Below, piece after piece: positions 60,025 to 64,000 of a DNA stretch of 64,000 nucleotides; positions within the stretch are counted from its first letter, which is position 1; each line of letters starts with the position of its first letter. The translations under genes were made by a program, and so were the position numbers. The notes below the pieces were generated by a model. It was given only the letters and a program-made list of their open reading frames with translations, was not told the DNA's origin and searched no databases. The DNA is from Gnetum montanum (Eukaryota; Plantae; Gnetophyta), in NCBI GenBank assembly GCA_015680685.1, contig MNCI01001451.1, positions 424,723-488,722 on the forward strand. The letters are read 5' to 3'.

Positions 60025-62466
60025 AACGTTAATATATGTTCTCTTTTCTTTAAAATATTTTTTCTTGGTAGAAAAGGATAAGTATTAAACAAATATCCTT
60101 CACGATGATAAAGTTATAAGAATTAGGAAGATTCTAATATGTAATTACTAAATATTAATATTTTCACTTTCTTGTAACACAAATTTCTTTTATGATTGAG
60201 AAGATTAGTTTCAATAATAAAGCATCTACAAAATCCAAAAGTTATAGAATTACAATTCATATACTTTACGATACTAAGAAGACTAATAATTTCATGTTTA
60301 GTCTTTTGAGAAATCAACAGGAGATTACATAATATGATAAAACATGGAACATCATAGCATATTCTTTGGATTGGACATCAAAATATCTAAGGCATGCTAC
60401 ACAATCGAAGCATAGACTAGCTTAATAAGCAAAAAGGAATGAGAATAGTTCCTAATATGAAGGACTTGGATGTCATGTTTTTTCATCACATAATTTTAAC
60501 TATGAAATTAAACTTCAATTATGAAGTAAGTAACCTAAAATTTAAATGAACACATATTGTGATGAAAGAACAACCAATAATTCATATACTATATCAAGAA
60601 GAATAAAATCAAGTGTCTTAATTACATCAATATCACTAAAAGAAGGTGTTACCAATTTTTTATTACCAACTTGTAAATATACATTTTAGGAATTAATAAA
60701 AATTTTTGCATCGATAGAAAAAGTAGAAATTTCAACATTAGTTGAAGAAGTTGAAAGTCATATAAAATACCCCCTAGCAAAATCCTAAAGAAATCAGATT
60801 CTTTGTAGAAAAGTCAAAAAGAGAAAAATCAAATCCACTAAAAAAAATCAAATTTTCTAGATAAATATCATATCCATTAAAGAAAAACTATATTCTTAAG
60901 AAAAAAATAATAGATTTGTTTAAAAAATGGAATTTTTTTCTATATGACCAAAATTAATACAACTTTTTTAAAGGGTAGAAACTTTTCAAATATATTATAT
61001 TTTACCAATTTTATCCCTACTATGTATTAGAGCCATGCTCTTTGAATACATCAATTCATACAAGTTAACTTAGCAATAATGAAGTTGGTAATAATGTGAC
61101 CTTCATCACTCTTTAAGTTGGTTTAATATGAACATGTTTTTTTTGAGGGGGAAGGGGAAAGGGGATGGTAAACGACTAAAAAATAAAAAATGACATTAAA
61201 AAAATTCATATTACACCAAATCAATAAAGGTAGAGCCTAAAAAACATGCAATAGTTTTATGCCTTTTTAGGTTTTCATCCTTATAACCAATTTATTAAAA
61301 CCTCCCATCTAGGGTTGGGAAAGAATTAGGCCTTACCCTCATTTAGAAGCACACATGAGTTTTCAATTCTCACTAAAGGGTTCCTTGTAAAGAGAAAGTA
61401 AAAAATCTCTCTAGAGATAAAAGAAAATATAAATAAGGAAAATGAACAAATAGTAACAAAAGCTAAATCATTTCTATCCTTGAGCCTTGAAGAAAAAGAA
61501 ACTATACTATATGAAATAAATTAATTGTTTAACTTTCATTAAAAGCTTTTTTACTTAAATTTATAGCTAAAAAGAAACATCTTTGAGAATATGATAGTTA
61601 ACTCTTAAAGAAAAATCATAGTTATCCTCTTACTACTTGAAAATAATGGCACACTAAAGCTTTCAAATAATGTAGAGAATAGGTATCTAAAGACACTTCT
61701 AAATACAAAAAAAGAAAAGCAAATAAATCTTGTTAATGATGAAAATGATATAATTGAAGGAAGTTATTACTAATTTTTGAGTATTCTCATTCCAATCTAT
61801 TTTTAAGCTTGTATGAATTTTGGATAATCTACATTATTCTTCTATATCAAATGTCATATTTTAGGCATTTGTTCATTTGGAATTGAAGTAAGTGATGGTT
61901 TAGGAAAATTCTTAAAATTCAATGAAGCTAAATACTACTAGTTAACATCATTATGTTATTCTTCATAATATATGTTGATCTTATAATACATTTGTTACTT
62001 ATATTTCCATGTACTAATTTAACAAAGGATATACATTCTAGAGGTACATTAAATTTTATAGTGATGGAATTGATATTTTTTTAATTAGTAAAAAATATAT
62101 TAAATTTAATTTTTTTGTAATATTTTAAGTATTTAATTTATTGTTTTGGCTGAGAGGCCAACTCGTCTCTTAGGATAGGGGGGAAGGGAGTGCATTTTGT
62201 TGCCCTCCACATCACGCGCTACGTAAGACCCCATGAAATGGAAAAAAACATGAACCCAAGAGCCACACCTTTTTGTATTCTTGTTGTGCAGAATGTGAAC
62301 CAAAGAGCCATAGCTTTTCATATTCTCGCTGCACACATAAAAAGGCCAAATGCAACCAAATGCAGAATGGGAATGGGAATGAGAATGAGAATTCCATTTC
62401 CATTCTATCTCCATCTCTGTTTGCAACTGCTGTTGCAGGCCACCTGGCCCAACCAACCTAGCTTCA

Positions 62467-62866
62467 ATGACGCTAGCTTCAGAGTTCTTCTAGAGCACTG
62501 GAAAGGCACCTACGATGGTGGCCCATGCTTCAGCTACAATAACAAGCTCATCGACATACACTTCTTCAAACAAGGCAACAATAAGGTAGTAGGCCACTCG
62601 GCCCTTGCTGCATCCTTGCTTAACACCAAGGGCCACAGTATGCACACATCATTGATAATCATAATATAATTTTTGTTATAATATCTAAAAGATCCCTTCA
62701 TTTAGGTTTCTTTTTTTGTGGATAAAATTTATATATGAATTAGGCCAATATGTTTCTTGAGTAACTTTGTTTGAATGTATGTTTTAAGCATAAAATTTTG
62801 TAGATAGGGGCAGGATGAGGGGTAGAGCCAGAGGCATTCAAGGAAAGAAGGTAATGGCTACAGTTG
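62467..62866 (+). pseudogene. Possible degenerate first exons of a host gene with a Ser/Thr/Ala-rich, transit-peptide-like N-terminus
   Basis: A relatively GC-rich island reads MTLASEFF*STGKAPTMVAHASATITSSSTYTSSNKATIR**ATRPLL...RAT. A possible GT...AG intron spans 62638-62803. No family was recognised. Confidence 0.25.
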
Positions 62867-64000
62867 AAGCTACAGCCTGAGGGGAAGGATCTTCTAAAGT
62901 TTCTGTATCAACAATAGCCTTTGGTTATTAGAATCTCTTTCTAGAAACAAACTTTCTACTAGTCTTTTTATGTGTGTTTTTGTTAATTTTTTATAGTGAA
63001 TTGTAACATGTTGAACATTACATTTTGATGATTTTGTGCAATTTTCATAGTTTCACTTCAAGGTGAGCTCTTCTGTCATCAATACTTAGCATACCTTCCT
63101 ATACATTTGTATTCCCAATGCAAAAACATTTCCAAGTTTTGTTTTGTTCTTTTTTCAATGCTTTTTGGAGTGGAAGGGAATTTTAAAATTGTAATTTTTT
63201 GCTACTATCTTGAGTAATCTTTTTTTGCTACATCCTTTTTCAATGTAAAGGAACATTTGTAAGTTCATTTTCTCTTTATCTCATTGTATATTTTGTGTAG
63301 GTTTTATCATTTCTATGGGTGTGCTTTGAAATTCAGCAGTTACCATGGAGTAGATGCATTCAGTTGTTATGATTGTGACTACTTTTTTGTTTGCAATGTG
63401 CATTTTAATAAAATGCAAAAGCATTAGAATTTTTGCTAGCACATGAAAATTAGTAGCCAATTTGAGATGTCGGCCTGACTTCGATCATAATTTTAACAAT
63501 TTTTCCTGCTTATTGGGAGGACTTCAAGAGTTCAAATTTGATAATTTCTTCTTACCTTCTTGCATGTAGTGAGGCCTTTTCTTTATGTACATATTCTTTG
63601 ATTGATGGAATCTAATGGATGATATGATTGTTAACCTAGTAAATTTTAAAAATGAGAACTTTTGCACCTCTGTTAGCCTAGACCCTGGGAAGATCTCCGG
63701 CAAGATCATGCTATGATGATCCTAGCTAATGCCAAGGAAAACGGTGACGAGCTCTCTGCCGATGCACATGTCTTGCCATAATCATAAATAACCAATTATT
63801 TTCAAATCTTCCCTAGCCAAAGAGTCACTGCAAGGGAGCCAATGATTATATTTATCATGGTTATTCACAATCTCGGTTATATATAATGATATATTTATAA
63901 TCATAAACATAAATGATTATATATAATGATTATAAACATTTCATCATAAATAAAGTTGGTTATTTATAATCATTTCATTATATATATCTTATGGATAATT

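Noticed and set aside
62133-62669. ORFs 62190-62669 (+) and 62133-62456 (-) as real proteins
   Set aside because: They cross a simple GAATGG repeat, have no recognisable domain, and overlap in several frames.

Overview
AT-rich land-plant nuclear DNA, mostly nested and decayed retrotransposons. Most in-frame stops are TAG/TAA/TGA explicable by C>T or G>A decay. From left to right: (1) a remnant LINE ORF1, split by a younger 5'-truncated L1-like LINE (673-5880, 14-bp TSD). This LINE appears tricistronic: ORF1-ATGA-ORF2-TAATG-ORF3, where ORF3 resembles the plant-transposon 'env-like'/PMD-type accessory domain followed by a coiled coil. (2) The last three exons of a peptidyl-tRNA hydrolase/CRS2-family gene (6573-7100). 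(3) tRNA-like SINE remnants. (4) Four Athila-type LTR elements with tRNA-Asp PBS that show gag (plus protease in three) but no RT/RNaseH/integrase: A ~7869-12600, F 35364-52945, B 40258-47022 nested in F, and C 53887-60024, which contains an N gap. (5) A 17.4-kb Tat/Ogre-type element D (13966-31373) whose protease-RT interval holds a tandem array and an antisense four-exon gene. D is inserted in an older minus-strand Tat-like element E. (6) An AT-rich end with a possible degenerate gene start. All domain calls are by-eye motif recognition; no database searches were run.
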